DNA of 64,000 bases from Setoptus koraiensis (taxonomy: Eukaryota; Animalia; Arthropoda), in assembly GCA_048013815.1 (NCBI GenBank), contig CM106586.1, forward strand, positions 3,658,001 to 3,722,000. The letters run 5' to 3'. The translations under genes were made by a program, and so were the position numbers. The notes beneath the pieces are model-generated. The model worked only from the letters and a program-made list of their open reading frames with translations. It had not been told where the DNA came from and made no database searches. Below are positions 14,001 through 27,370 of this stretch, piece after piece; the first letter of the stretch is position 1; every line of letters begins with the position of its first letter.

Positions 14001-17000
14001 ATTTGGAACAGGAGAACGTGTCTAACGCCCGCTGCGCCTTCTGGGACCATCAAATCAGGTAATTAATTAATCAAATCAAGATCAAATTGGCCGATCATCG
14101 CCGTTTATAACTAATTTAACAGACCATTTAATTGATTTATTTATCTTTAACCATTTGATTGATTAATTTATCTTCTGACTGATGACACCAACAACTTGTT
14201 GTGCCTTGCAGCGAGTGGTCAGTGGAGGGATGCAAGCTGCTGAGCAGCAACAAGAGCCACTCCGTTTGCGCCTGCGACCACCTAGCGTCGTTCGCGCTCA
14301 TCATGGATCTCGTCAGCGACAGCCAGCTGCAAAAGGTGAGTTTCCGGCGAATCTACTACCAAATCTCTCGCTATCCACGCACTCGACCGCAACTAATTAA
14401 CTGTCAACTAATTAACTGTCAACTAATTAATCAATCAATCAATTAATCAATCAATTAATCAATTGATGCGTTGCAACGACAGGACTGGTTTCAGCAGCAA
14501 CAAACGCACGACCAGCAGCAGCACTTTGGCCACGCAAACTCGCTGTTGTTGCAGGTCGATTTGCACCAGAGTCGCTTCGTGGTGCTGGTGTCGTGCTCGT
14601 TGGCTTTGTTATTGCTTGTGATACAATTGTTTGCCATTTTGAATAATGCCTACCAAGCCTCAAAGATACTATTATCCATACCTAGCGAATTGCCCCCGAA
14701 TCCCATAATTCACCACCAGCAGCCGGTGAGCTTGCTCCAGCAGCAGCACCTACAACAATTGCCAAACAGATCTCTGGTGTCCGCCACAGGTAGCATATGC
14801 AATCAAGCTGCCACAAATCAGGCCGCTGCGTCGTCGCTGCCGTCGTCGCCCGACACAGCGGCCAGTCACAGTCAGCAGACAACAGCAACAACTGCAACTG
14901 CAACAACTGCAACCGGAACCGGAAATGGTCAGCAGAACGGCGGCGATGCGCCGGCCAGTGCTGCTGCTCAAGGCCAAGTGGCCATAATGAGTTCGCATAA
15001 CAGCAACAACAGCGAGAACGACGTCAATTTGTTGTTGAGCTCGGCCTATTGGCTGGCCAACAACAATGTTTATTTGGCTCAGCAGCCGGTCAGCAAGAAT
15101 TACAGCGCGCTCAAATTTATGCAAGGCGCCAACCGGTTCAACAGAAACTTTCAGGTTCCTCTGCACGTTTGTCTGAAATTGTTGGCCCTGCAATTGCTGA
15201 TAATAACGCTGGTTGTGATGATTAAATCACAGCCGCCACAGAGCATCGACAGCGACAACGCGATGCTGTACGCGCAACAACTCAACAATTATGCAGCCAA
15301 CAACAACTCGGCCAGACAACTGACCACCACGGAGTCGAGCACGATCTCGTCGCTGCTGATCAGCGATTACCTGTCCCAGCAACAGCAACAACAACAACAG
15401 CTACAGCAACAACAACAACAGCAGCAGCAACAACAGCAGCAGCCCACAAACAACAACAGAGCTTGGGCCTCGTGGCTCAACACCTCCTGGTGGCTGTCGT
15501 CCGCAACAAACAGCAACCACGATCAACAACCGTCGAGCCAGTTCAACTTGAGCATTGTGATCCTGTTAATTGTCTATTATCTAATACTCAGCATACTGTG
15601 CTGGCTGCTAGGTGACAGTCTGCAAATGTTCTTAGTTGTGTATAAATTGTTTTATAATTGTTGCGTCTCATCGCGCACCAGCTCACCTGTGCCCAGTGAC
15701 AAGACGCTCTCTTGTTTCCCCTTCAGCGGGCCCTTTCAGCGCCGCTACCCGAAGAGCGCCCCCTTCGCAGCGGCCAGCAGCCACAACTCGGCGGCGCTCA
15801 CCGGCAACAGGGCAACTGTCAGTCAGCTGTACAGCAACAACAACAGATATGACAAACAACCGGAAGCGGCGCTCACTCGTCGCCGTCAATTGTCTCAGGC
15901 GGCCTCGTTGGCATTGATTGGTCAATCGTCGACAAACCATCAGCAAAGCAATCAGCATCATCGACAACTGTCCGCAACTAACGGACATTCGACGGACACT
16001 GTGACGGACACAACGGCGGCCGCTTACGGGCTGAGCGCGGGATCGCCCGCGCCGCGCAGCCCGATGGACGCGCCCAATCAGGCGCTCGTGAGCGAGCGCC
16101 TATACCAGGCAATGACAAACAATTATCAGGTGTATCAGGTACACTCGTCGCCCACTAGCGCCAGCAGCCACGATCAAAAGTCGTCCGGAACCGGCGACAA
16201 TCTGAGCCGCGATCAGCGCCCCCATTCGCTGCACTGGTGCTACATTGTGAGGCGCCTATTGCGCAACCTGTGCTCGCTGTTCGTGCTAATTAATTACGTC
16301 GTGCCGTTGGTGTTGCTGATTGCCATTTGGTTGTATTTGATCCGGTCGCCCACGGGCGCCCACATGAGAAGCAGCGGTCAGCCGCAAGTTGAATTGTACG
16401 ACGCCCAGGCCACCATCAAGTCCATGGCGAGCGCCCTCTTTTTGCCAATTATAGGCTCCATCATGGTGAGTAGCCAGCGATCGATGACTGACTGTGCACA
16501 ATTGAACCAGTCAATTAGTTGGCCAAATCAATTAATTGATACAATCGGCTCAATCAACAATTAGCGAGACGGGCCCAGCAAACAAGCCACTAATCACACA
16601 ATTTCTGCTCTTCGTTCATTATCAACCTAAATAATTTCAAAACGAAACCGTTATCGACCGAAATTATTGTCGAATGGTCAAATGGTCGAATGGTATGCAA
16701 ATTATCGAACGCAGGCCTGCATGGTGCTGGTGGCGCTGTCGGTGGTTCGCGTGGAGCGCCAAAATCAGGAGGTATCACTGAGCGTGTACGCGGGATCCAC
16801 GTTCAAGTCGAGCATGCTCAAGCCCGAATTCGACGCAAGACAGATCAGGTGAGTGGTCAGGCCGATTTAAATCTGATTTCCAATTATCTCGCGCTGCAAT
16901 CGATCGGTCGCAGTGGCGCCCGCTACCAGTAGGCAGTGGCGGTTTCGGATCGCGATAGCATCGGGCGTTATTAACATGTAATGCAGATACAATAAGCGGT

Positions 17001-17510
17001 TATTTTCAATTATTGCCACTGTGCGAGCCGCCGTAAATTTGATTTACGATTTAGTTTGATTTAGTTAGTTTGATTTAGTTGTTGGCTGGCCGTGTAATTA
17101 AGTGAGTTTTGTTTGTGTGCATTAGTTAAACGTTGCCCGTTGGGCAACTTCAATTAATTGATCAAATTGATTTGTTGCGCATACGTTGCGTCGAGTGTGT
17201 GTGTGTGTGTTTGTGGCGGCCACATTACACGTCACTGACACCCCCGATCAACAGCGACACGACACGACACAACAACTTGCGCAACAAGCCGGCAAACGTT
17301 ACGTCACGCCAGCCACCAATGACGCAACAACGCAAACAACATGGTCGACTGTTTAACTGTGAGATGAGATTTGTGTTTCGAGTCGAGTTCTAGTTCGAGA
17401 TGAATGAACTCACAAGACGCAGCGCCCGATTGGAAGGCGAGCAACGACAACATCGCCGACAACAACGACAACAGCGACAACGGCAACGACAACGGCAACG
17501 ACAACGACAA

Positions 17511-17547
<37 letters not shown>

Positions 17548-20500
17548 AAGCCTGAGTGCGTTCGACAGCACACACACACGCGCACACTGTCGGCGCAATT
17601 TGCATAATTAGACATCACTTCCTCTGCCGTTATTGTGTCATTACTTGCAGTGTCGCTTGCACTGCTTGAGATTGCCACCGAGAGAGTGATTTAGTTTGAT
17701 CACGCTCTCACTGTCACAGCGCGCGCATGCTAATTAGCGAGCCGGCCAATCAAGCGCACAGGAGCGCGTTCTCACGATTCGCTCGTTGGTCAGGCCCGCT
17801 GGTTCGTTGGTCTGGTTCGACGGGCCAACGGGCCGACGGGCTGAAATTTCGCGAGCTGGCCCGCGGAACGGGCACGAGTTTTCGCGAGGTCGAATCGACT
17901 CGCACGAGTTCATTCGCTGCCACGTGAGCTCGCCCCGAGCAACACAATTGGGCCACAAAGGGGTGCGCAATTGTGTCGTGTGCACGTGGAGCCAGCACGT
18001 GGTGACACTCGTTGTGTCGTATGGCGCGCGTGTGAGTGGTGAATAACGGCGCCCACCACTCGCGACAGCAACAGCGACAACAACGACATCAGCGACAGCA
18101 ACGGCAACAACGGCAACAGCGACAACAACGACAACAACGGCAACAGCGACAACAACGACAGCGACAACGGGGGCGACTTTGTGACAAATGGCCAGACAAT
18201 ATATTGGTGTGTCATGTTGCGTGGCAGCCAGCGGGTGTGTGTGTGTTGCGGCCCCCACGCGAGTTGTAGTTATAAATGGGCCAGCAAATCAATTGTATCT
18301 CTGTAATATTAGTGTGTTACGTAATATATATCATATATCATACATTGTTGCTTGCCAGCCAATATTGCCAGTTGGCAGCACTTGCGCGCCAAGGAGCCCA
18401 GTCTAATTTGCATAATCATCGACCGCATCAACTGTCTGGCGGTTGTTTGAACAAGACGCACCCTGACGCTGCTGTTTGCTGGCGCTGCCGGCGCCGCTAT
18501 TTGCATATTGGGCCCACCTCCTGCTCGGTCGGTGTGTGTCGTGGCCCCGGCGTGGCGAGTGTCGTGGCCCCGCAATGTAAAATAACGGCGTCGAACATCG
18601 TTTCGAACATATCCAAACGAATCGACTATTTATATACAGTGTGTATATGTTGTCGTGGTGGTGCTGAATAATCGCGCAGTGCGCGATTTCATGCAAGTGC
18701 AGTGCCCAGAGCGCGATTTCGCGATCCAAGTGCGGTGCGCATCGGCCTGGTATCGATGGCTGGCTCCCCCGCGATTGGCGGCCCGCTGATGATACCCGAC
18801 GTCGACCGATAACGAAAGGCGGCGCTGATGAGCCCTCTCTGGGGCGTTCTCGGCCCGCATAATCCCCGGCTGGAGCGGGCCGTCCGTTGTTTGCAGTGCA
18901 GTTGCGCTCTGTAATGTCGGCGGACTTGTCTGTTTATCGTTTGGGGCGCCCGCCCGCTTCAAATGCGCGGATGGGGCGAGCGACGATCGAGCGGCAAACG
19001 GCGATGGAGCGGCGAACGGAGAACGAAATGGCGACGCCCGCTACTCAACTGCAATTGAGCCGGCACGGGCAATTGAGAACGAAACGCCAGCAACACAAAT
19101 AAAGAAACAGAAACGAGAAGCAGAAACGAGAAGCAGAAACGGCGAAAAAGAAACGGCGAAAAAGAGACGGAGAGAAGCAGATAAAAAGAGAGAAGACAAT
19201 CTATTTGGGGATTAGTCGGGGGCCATTGTTTATTTGGGCAAGTGCCGGCCCACTAGACAGGTGATTATTTTGGGCGCCATCTGATTATTTGATATTGCAA
19301 AATGTTTAAAATGTTAGCTAAATCTAAATCTTGGCCTGCCCATTACCATAGCGCTAATGGCGCGCCGGGCGTTCGGGCCCGATCGTTCGCGCGAGCATTT
19401 TTAACAATTTGAACCAACACCAGCGAACCAGTTGTCACGCCAGCGATTACCATTGAAACCATTGAATATCCGGCAATGGCTGGCCGTTGTGCTTCTCGTG
19501 TCGTCTTGCCGGGTCTGTCCGGGTCGAGACAGCTCGCGACGAGACACATGGAGCCTCTATCATGGAGGCTCCATGTGTCGGCTTGCGGTCGGCGATCAAC
19601 CGGGCCGAGGCCATTAAAAGAACGCGCTGAGCGTGTCTCGGAATTGTCATGGTCAGCGACGGATCTGTCCGAACTCGTTAGCCGGACGACGGCCGCTCGG
19701 GCTGGCGAGCTGCACAAACTAACGGCTCAAACTGTACGGCCCAAACCCGCGAAAACCCGCGCAAACTGGCAAGACCAGTGATGGCGATCAGCGAATGGCA
19801 AACGGTGAATAATGAGCGTGTTGTTGTGCGGCGACAACACGCGCAACAACACGCGCAACGGCAATATGCGGCTCATTGCTGGCCCATTTGGGCGCCGGCC
19901 TGAACGGGTTTGAGCGGGTTTGAGCGGGTTTGAGCGGGTTTGAGCGGGCTTGAGCGGGTTTGAGCGGGCTTGAGCGGGCCCAAATGGGCCCGAAATTGCT
20001 CGTGTGCTATTATTATTATTATTTAGAGGTGATTGCGTGCGCAGCGTCTTATTTTGTTAGCTGGCGCCGAATAAATGTGTAGAGGGGCCTGATGCAAATC
20101 TTTGCTCACTCACTCACTTGCCAGCCAGCGCAAACGACAGAGCAAACGACTAAACGACAACCACGCTCTCACTGCACGCCTTTACCACGTGCAAAAGTGC
20201 TTAATTTGCATATATTAATTCTTCTTGGGCGCCCCCTTTAAGCTGGCTTAGTCGCTGCCAGGCTGGCTCGGTGTGCTGGTGCAAGCACGTATTGCCATGA
20301 TAATAATGATAATGGCTCGCTCATTTCAGATATAGCCCATGTGCCAAGTTGGCGAGCCAGAGCTGCAGCCAAAGTCAGATATTTAGTGATGCAGTGAGTA
20401 CGTGCCAAATACAAACACGTGTTGTGATGGCGCGGCCAGCTAAATTGCTGTTGTCGTTGTCGGTGTTGTTGTCGGTGTTGTTGTTGTTTTGCTGGCTTGC

Positions 20501-23362
20501 CGATGTTGCTGGCCGCGCTGATAGCGACAACAACATAGCGCCGTTGCGTAACACTAGCGACGACAACAGCGCCGTTGCGTAACGTACAAACGACGGCTTG
20601 CCAGCGAAAGTTGGCCAACAAGGCGCCAGTGTGGCGCAGGGGCCCAGTATGAACGAAAATGGACGGGCCCGCACTGCATTCACACTGCCTAAATTATATC
20701 ATATAACTTATAAGTTATACGGTTGTATGATATAAGTTATATAATTTGGCCAGGCAACAACCGGCCAGAAACGAGCGGATAAATATATAATATTGAGCTG
20801 TGTATGACGACGACGACGACGACATACGAGAGAGGAATTTAATAAAACACATCATATCGCCCCGTTCGCTTCATTGTTGTTGATGATTCTCTTTTTAGCT
20901 GCACCCGTTCATTTGGGCGCCACTAGCTAGCCGGCGCCCGCTTGTCCAGGCTCGGCTCCGGCAATAGCCGCACTACATGCAGCAGTACTGATGATGGGGC
21001 GCCCGCTCTTTTCATTTCCGGTTCGCCGGCTTGCTCCAAATTCCTGTCGCTGGCGGCCGACTTGCCAGCTCGCCCGACTGACCAACACTGTCCACTAGCG
21101 CCCAACTCTGTCCACGGGCAGCCCTCAGCGGTCAGTGGTAATGGGTTCATCAGCCGCGCTCATCACAATGTAGCCTAGCTTTCCAACGCAACGCATTCTA
21201 ATCGCAACTCAATCAATTCTCCCATGCCCATACCCACGCCAACCGATGCCCACACTGAACCGTGCCCATTTGACCCGATGCCCACATTGAACCTTGCCCG
21301 TGTCGCCCGAATACCCGATGCTCGCGGACGAAAACATCAACGACGGACACATTAACGGACACCATCAATAACCGATACGCTCAACAACAACGACACCAAC
21401 AGAAACTACTGCAAGTCACTGTTGCTGCTGCTGGCCAGCCAGGCCATTTGTTGGTCGCTGTGGCTGGCCATCGTAAGTGACAGGAGTCTGCCGGTGACCT
21501 TGTTTATTTATTTGTTTGCCCTAATCAATTGTTTGCAAGCTTTTATACTGTTCATCAATCAGCGCCATTTAATAGCGCGCACTTGGTTAAATAGTTCGCG
21601 CAATTTACTCTGTTGTTTGTGTTATTATCGTCAACAACAAACAAACAACAACAACAACAACAACACCTTGCGTCATCATTCCGATATGACAGATCATCAT
21701 TCGAGCACCATTAAGAGCGTGCCAGTCACTCGCCAACAACAACAACAACAGCAACAACAACTACAACAGCTGGCCAGTTTGACAGATCAGCAGCAGCGCG
21801 TCAACGATGTCAACAACGGTCTCGATCAGCATCAGCTGATCATGAATCAGTACGGTCTTGGCGCCATGTCGCGCGGCCTATTTCAGCCCGTGCAACAACA
21901 GCAACTGCAGCAGCAACTACAGCAGCAGCAGCACGACCTGCAAAACATTTATCATTTGGAGGTGGGCGCCGGCAACGGACCCATGTCATCTGTGCCGTCA
22001 TCGACGTCATCCACGGCCTCCATCGGCCTGCTGAACCACGTGCCGCCCGTGCACGTTGCCGCCAACGGACAGCCACTGTCGGTGTTGCACGCGCATTCAA
22101 ACACGTTGCATCATCACCTAAGGAAACCCACCTATCAGCTGGCTGCGCACGATTTGCATCAGCAGCAACAGCAGCAATTTCAACAACAACAACAACAGCA
22201 GCACCACCACAGGTCCACGTCGTCGCTGTCCGTGCAGCCGGCCTTGCGGCCGCTCATGAACCTGATACCGAGATTCTTCAAGACACAGTACAATCACGAC
22301 AACAACAACTACAATGGTCAGTACGGCGCCGCAACAGCGACAACAAATTTGCGACCCATTGACAGCAATCAGCTGATGTTTGGTCAGCAATTGGAGCAGC
22401 AACAGCAGCTGTTTCAGCAGCAACAATTGTTCAAGCAGCAACTCTTGCACCAGCAACACCAACAACAGCAGCAACAACTTCAGCAGCAACAACAGCAACA
22501 ACTTCAACAGCAAAACCAGGGAAACGGGAAACCGCCTGTTGATGGTCAGTTAATTAACGCGTCCATATTGAACAATTTGTTCATTAGCGACAACGCGCTA
22601 GTTGCGGCCGCCAACAGGCAACAGCAACCCGCTAGTCGGCTCGCGGCCGGCCCGCAGCACAATGCAGCGGCCGGCCCGTTGAGGGGCGCCGCGCATCCCG
22701 TGCATCACCAATTGTCGCTGTCGAACGCGTCAAACATGTCCACCGGAAACAACGCGCAGCAAATGCTGGCCGCACAGTTCATCGCAAGTCAGCACAATTT
22801 GTTGCATAACAACTACCAGCTAGCCAACTACAACAAATCGTTGGACAACCAACAATCGGACCATCAGCGCCACCAGTATTACACCATCGGCAACAACGAC
22901 GACTCAAGTCGCCTATACGACACCATGTCCAGTTGTGCCCAAAATACCCACACAAACAGTCGGGCGCACAACAGCAACAACAACCATTCCAATTCCACTA
23001 CGTCAAGTTCCATAACTCAGGCGGGTAGCCTGGTGGGTGTGGCAAGTTTGTCGAGTCCCGTGCACAATGCGCCGGTCGCGGACGATCCGTCTGCCGCGCA
23101 ACAGCAACAAACCGCGCCGCGGAACCCGGCCTGCCAGCCGGGCGCCCATCAGCAGCGCACTATTCAGCAGACAGCGGGCAGTTTTCGCAATCAGCAGCAG
23201 CAGCAGCAACAGCAGCTAATTAGCGATCATCAGCAACCGGAACACATTTACGACGTTGCCGCCAGCAACGGGCCCCAAGTTGCGCAACAGAATCAATTTG
23301 CCAATTTCTACCGGATGTCGCCGGCGGATCAATCCATGTTTGCATATCATCACCTCAATTGA
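5012..23362 (+). CDS. Cirl: Latrophilin/Cirl-like adhesion GPCR (HormR-GAIN-GPS-7TM, long Q/N-rich tail); about 1980 aa from the exons found; 5' end probably incomplete
   Basis: Exons joined by GT-AG with matching phases: 5012-6004, 10770-11250, 13791-14058, 14212-14335, 14483-16465, 16715-16848, 21403-23362 (5943 nt, divisible by 3). HormR-like CPELVIHQMRWPATLAGETRYIQCP...WAPAGPNMSKCVSNW; GAIN-like LFGEDL, EAWLELS...LIQSMENATVLLA, IINSNIVGASL...LKHLEQENVSNARCAFWD; GPS WSVEGC...CACDHLASFALIMD; seven hydrophobic helices ending YLFALINCLQAFILF. Gene symbol assigned from remembered family motifs. Confidence 0.85.
6904..6993. repeat. Tandem repeat of alternating 7-mers gttcgaa/gttcgga
   Basis: Read directly. 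Confidence 0.9.
7195..7289. repeat. Tandem repeat, 10-bp unit gtgctgtaac (5 perfect plus degenerate 13-bp variants)
   Basis: Read directly. Confidence 0.9.
7969..8073. repeat. Two abutting inverted repeats (hairpins) in a Cirl-like intron
   Basis: Perfect 19-bp stem 7969-7987/8001-8019 with a 13-nt loop; near-perfect 26-bp stem 8017-8043/8048-8073 with a 4-nt loop and one small internal mismatch. Confidence 0.9.
10693..10763. repeat. Tandem repeat, 21-bp unit atcccgacgacaatctc(a/g)aaa, about 3.4 copies, abutting a splice acceptor
   Basis: Read directly; ends 6 nt before the exon starting at 10770. Confidence 0.85.
19905..19974. repeat. Tandem repeat (cgggtttgag)7 with two cgggcttgag variants
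   Basis: Read directly. Confidence 0.9.
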
Positions 23363-24060
23363 TTGTTACTGAGGCCTTGATCAGTTGCGTCGTTATTAGC
23401 ACCAGCCCCCAGTCGGCCCAATTAGCCAATGAAATGATCTCAAGCACCAATATTTGTATTTTGTATTTCCTATTTTGTATATTGTTACCTATGAATTGAC
23501 TTGTGACTCACAAGTTGTGAGCCGGCAACTGCCACAGGGCCAAATGACAACCACTTATAAATGCACAGATTGTATTTTTGATTGTCGAAGCGAACAAAAA
23601 GTGTACAGTAGGCATGTAAATTAATTGCGGGCTTGTCCCCAAACGAGGCGTTGTTAAGATTATTATGTAATAATTATTTTTGAACTAATGTGAGAAGGCC
23701 AAGTTGCCAAAAGAGAATTTGTCAGGCGTTCAGTGGGCGCGCGCCAATCGACCGCGACCGACCCGCTGAACCGAACTAATCTGATCTGATCCAATCCGAT
23801 ACAATTTCACAATGATATCGGATGATAATTTAAAATTAAAATTAAATAAAACACAAACACTCTGAGCCGATCTCTTTTTGTCCCCCTCTCCCCGTCTCTG
23901 CCGTCTCTCCCCGTCTCTCGCTGCCTCTCCCTGTCGGTCCCCGTCTTTCGCTGGCTCTCGCTGCCCGTACCTGACAGTGTCAGGCTGACACCAACAAGCG
24001 GGTTGACGCAACCGAGTGATTTATTGATCTCATTTCAATATGTACCCACACTCGTGTGAG

Positions 24061-24061
<1 letters not shown>

Positions 24062-24107
<46 letters not shown>
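24062..24107. repeat. (CA)n microsatellite, about 23 units
   Basis: Read directly. Confidence 0.95.
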
Positions 24108-24111
<4 letters not shown>

Positions 24112-27100
24112 ATGATACAGGGGGCAACGGTTGTTGCGCCGTGATTTAAATCGCACAAACAAACAAATACAAACTCACAAACAGTTACAGTCTAGCAGTA
24201 ACAACAAATAGTCCGGCTCACAATTGCAGCGGCAAACTTGCCACGTGCGCACTAATTCGCGCAAATGTACATGAGTGGGCAGCGCGGAGCTGAGAATATA
24301 GTGCACGGGGTGGCACTTAATGAAAAAATAATATGTGTTTGTTGATCGCGCGGTACTGCCGTCTCCGCAATATTGCACAAATATCCCAATAGTGACGCAA
24401 TGGTGACGCAATAGTGACCCAATAGCGACGCGATAGCGACGCAATAGTTGCGCAATAGTTATGCAGTAGCATGCCCAAGCTGAGATTAATGACGTGGAGA
24501 GCGATATGAGACGCCGGCACGAGCAGAAATATTGTTGTACACCATTGGTTATACCATTGGCATATAACAGTCAGTCCAGTTGCTAGGTACTGCGTATTAC
24601 GTAATGCTATGGCCGGCGCTATTTTAGAGAAATCCGAGACGAGCCCAAGTGGATCGCACTAATTCCACTTCCTATCAATGGGAGCAGCATGATAATTTGG
24701 CTCTTGCGCTTGTGTGGCCGCACTTCCGCTGCTTGCAAGCGCCATCCGACATACAGTTACGTAACGTACAAGAATAATGTTTGTTTGTTTGTGTGTGTGT
24801 GTGTGTAAATTCTATTAGTTAGTTTGTTTATGCTGTTACTATAGCCACTGTGGCACAGAGGGGCCCAAGGAAGGCATTAGTTTGTGTGTGTGGTGTAATC
24901 GATACTAGAGACCAGAGTTGTTGACTTAGCCCTGGCCTGCGCTCTCTGGCGCACAGGGGCCCCATGCGACCCTATGCGCGGGCAAAAGCCCATTTGTCGT
25001 TGGCTATCGATTCGCTCAATGATGCAATCGTATCAATATCTTCGTCTGGCTTCTGGCTTCTGGCGGGCCAGCCAGCCAGCTCTGACACAGGAACTGGCCC
25101 CCTCGGCGGCCCAGCACGATTGCATACGATGCTGGCCGTCGTTTGCATTTGAATCGTACGCCACTGGCACTGGCACGATGCAAGCGATTTAACTGGCTGC
25201 CAGTTATCGAGTTTCTTTCGGTCGGACATGGGGCTCCGGCGGCATCAACAAAACCAGCCCAGTGCGCAAACTTGTCGGCCGAACAAACATTATCCACGTT
25301 GAGGGGCCCGATGTGTATACGGCAATGTGTATACGGCCATGTGTATACGGCGATGTGTATATGGCACGGCCAGCAATAGTGAGAGCACACATTTCTGGAG
25401 ACGCTCGGCCGACGCAAACTCATGAGCAAAATAACCAGCCCGGATATTCACTGGTGAATCGGGCGAATGCACTCCGGCCAGCACACTCTGTGTTATGGGC
25501 CCCAAACGGATATTTGGACCATGGAGGCAAAAAGTGATTTTTGTAATACGATACTTTTCTCTCTTTCTCTCTCGTTTTTTGCGTATCACATTTATAATGT
25601 CGGTGGGCATACGCGGGCTACCAGAAACCGGGCGACAATCTGGGCACGGCGACTCGCACAATGGCCACAGCGATCGGTCCGGAATCAATCAGCGAGCTCG
25701 TTTTCATTTGATTTAGCGCCGTCGAGCGTCGGCGCGCCCGCGCAGGGGTCCCCACTTCATCTTGGCGCTATTTTAAAAACCATCGCGTGCTATTTTGAAA
25801 ACCATTGATGCGACATGCAAATGGGGGCCACACAAGCAAACAAATCTTAGCGTTAATGCGGCTCGCTGCCGCATACTTGAAAAGTATCACCCGTATGTCT
25901 TGCGCGATTTGCATATAAATGATATGATATCGCTATATTTGCATCATGTTGTTTCATATTATTTCTCGCGCTCTCTTAATATTGCGCAGCACGTGATTAC
26001 GTGCTTCACATAGCTACACGGCATTTGCCGAGCCGCACTCCATTCTCGCGGCATCTCTTGGCATATTCTTTTGGTAAAGAGCTCGTTCGCTTTTTACCGC
26101 TTGCAAGCAAGCGAGAAGCGAGAGTGGCGAGAGTAAAAAAACTTGTTTTCACTTTGCACTCCAAAGTTTGGGGCCCCTGGCTGGCCGCGCACGCCAGTCG
26201 CAAGCGCGCCAGCGAGGGCCCAAATGTATTATGATGATGATGTACGGTCTAAGCGAAAAAAGAGGCACAAAAGTGGAAAAAAGTGAAAAGGGGAAGGGCT
26301 GCTCGCTGGCAACATGTATAAAATACATATAATGTATGGGGGCGAACAAGTGAAACAAGTGAATTAGACCAGAAGAGAAACCATTGAGTGACAAAACTGG
26401 CTGCAAACGAGCGCATCATCGGGCCGCTCGTTGGCCCGATGACGAGTTAGAATATTGCGACTTCTAATGATAGTCGCAGTTCATTATTAGGCCCAGTTGG
26501 GCCTGGGTTCCATTGCTGGGGCCGCTGGCAAATTTCAGTCATATTATTATTATTATTATTATTAGAACGATTGAAATGCCACGAATGCGAATATTCACCC
26601 TGCAATGGATATTGCCATCTATCGGATGTTTGTCTGCTCAGCCGGAATTGCTGCCAGTCGCTGTCTCAGCTGTATGCTGTCAGCGAAAGTTGCCTCGTCG
26701 GTCGAGGTTGCTGTCGGTCGAGTTTGGTCTCTCCGTAGTGGGGCTCCCACCGCGAGACAGTTGCACGTGCTGCACGACATGTCATGTCGATACTGCTGTT
26801 ATGTAACATGTATTTGTGTTTAGTATTAGCACAATGATGGCAACGTTAATGGCCGTTGCTAATAATATTAACAATAATGATTATAAACCGGGGCCATACA
26901 GCTAAAAACGCGCCATTCATTGACTGTTGCCACTACTAATTTCGTCCATTGTTACATAATCCCTCTCTATCTGTGCGTGTGTGTGTGTGTGTCTATTTGT
27001 GTGGGCCTCCCAGCGGCGGCCCCACAAAGATCACGGCCAACAGTGACATACAAAGTCGATGGCTCGTTACATTATTATATGTTATTGTTAATTCACAATT

Positions 27101-27370
27101 GCAAACGCGCGCGCGCGCGCCCCAAACTCGATAATGAACTTATTTGCACGTGCACAATTTTTCTGTTGTATGCGGCCGAGTGATTACCTACTGCGACTCG
27201 TGCCTCACCACGATACGCACTGTACTGTGCGATATGACATAACACAATACAATACAATATAATGTAATAATCTAATGTAATAGGTGAAGAGGGCCAAGTT
27301 GGTCCCATCATTAATCAGTTTTCTATTCATTAGGCAATATCACACAAACTGCATTGCATGTGCCCCCGCA

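Noticed and set aside
19905-19974. Telomere-like repeat
   Set aside because: The 10-bp unit is not TTAGG/TTAGGG, and the array is short and intronic.
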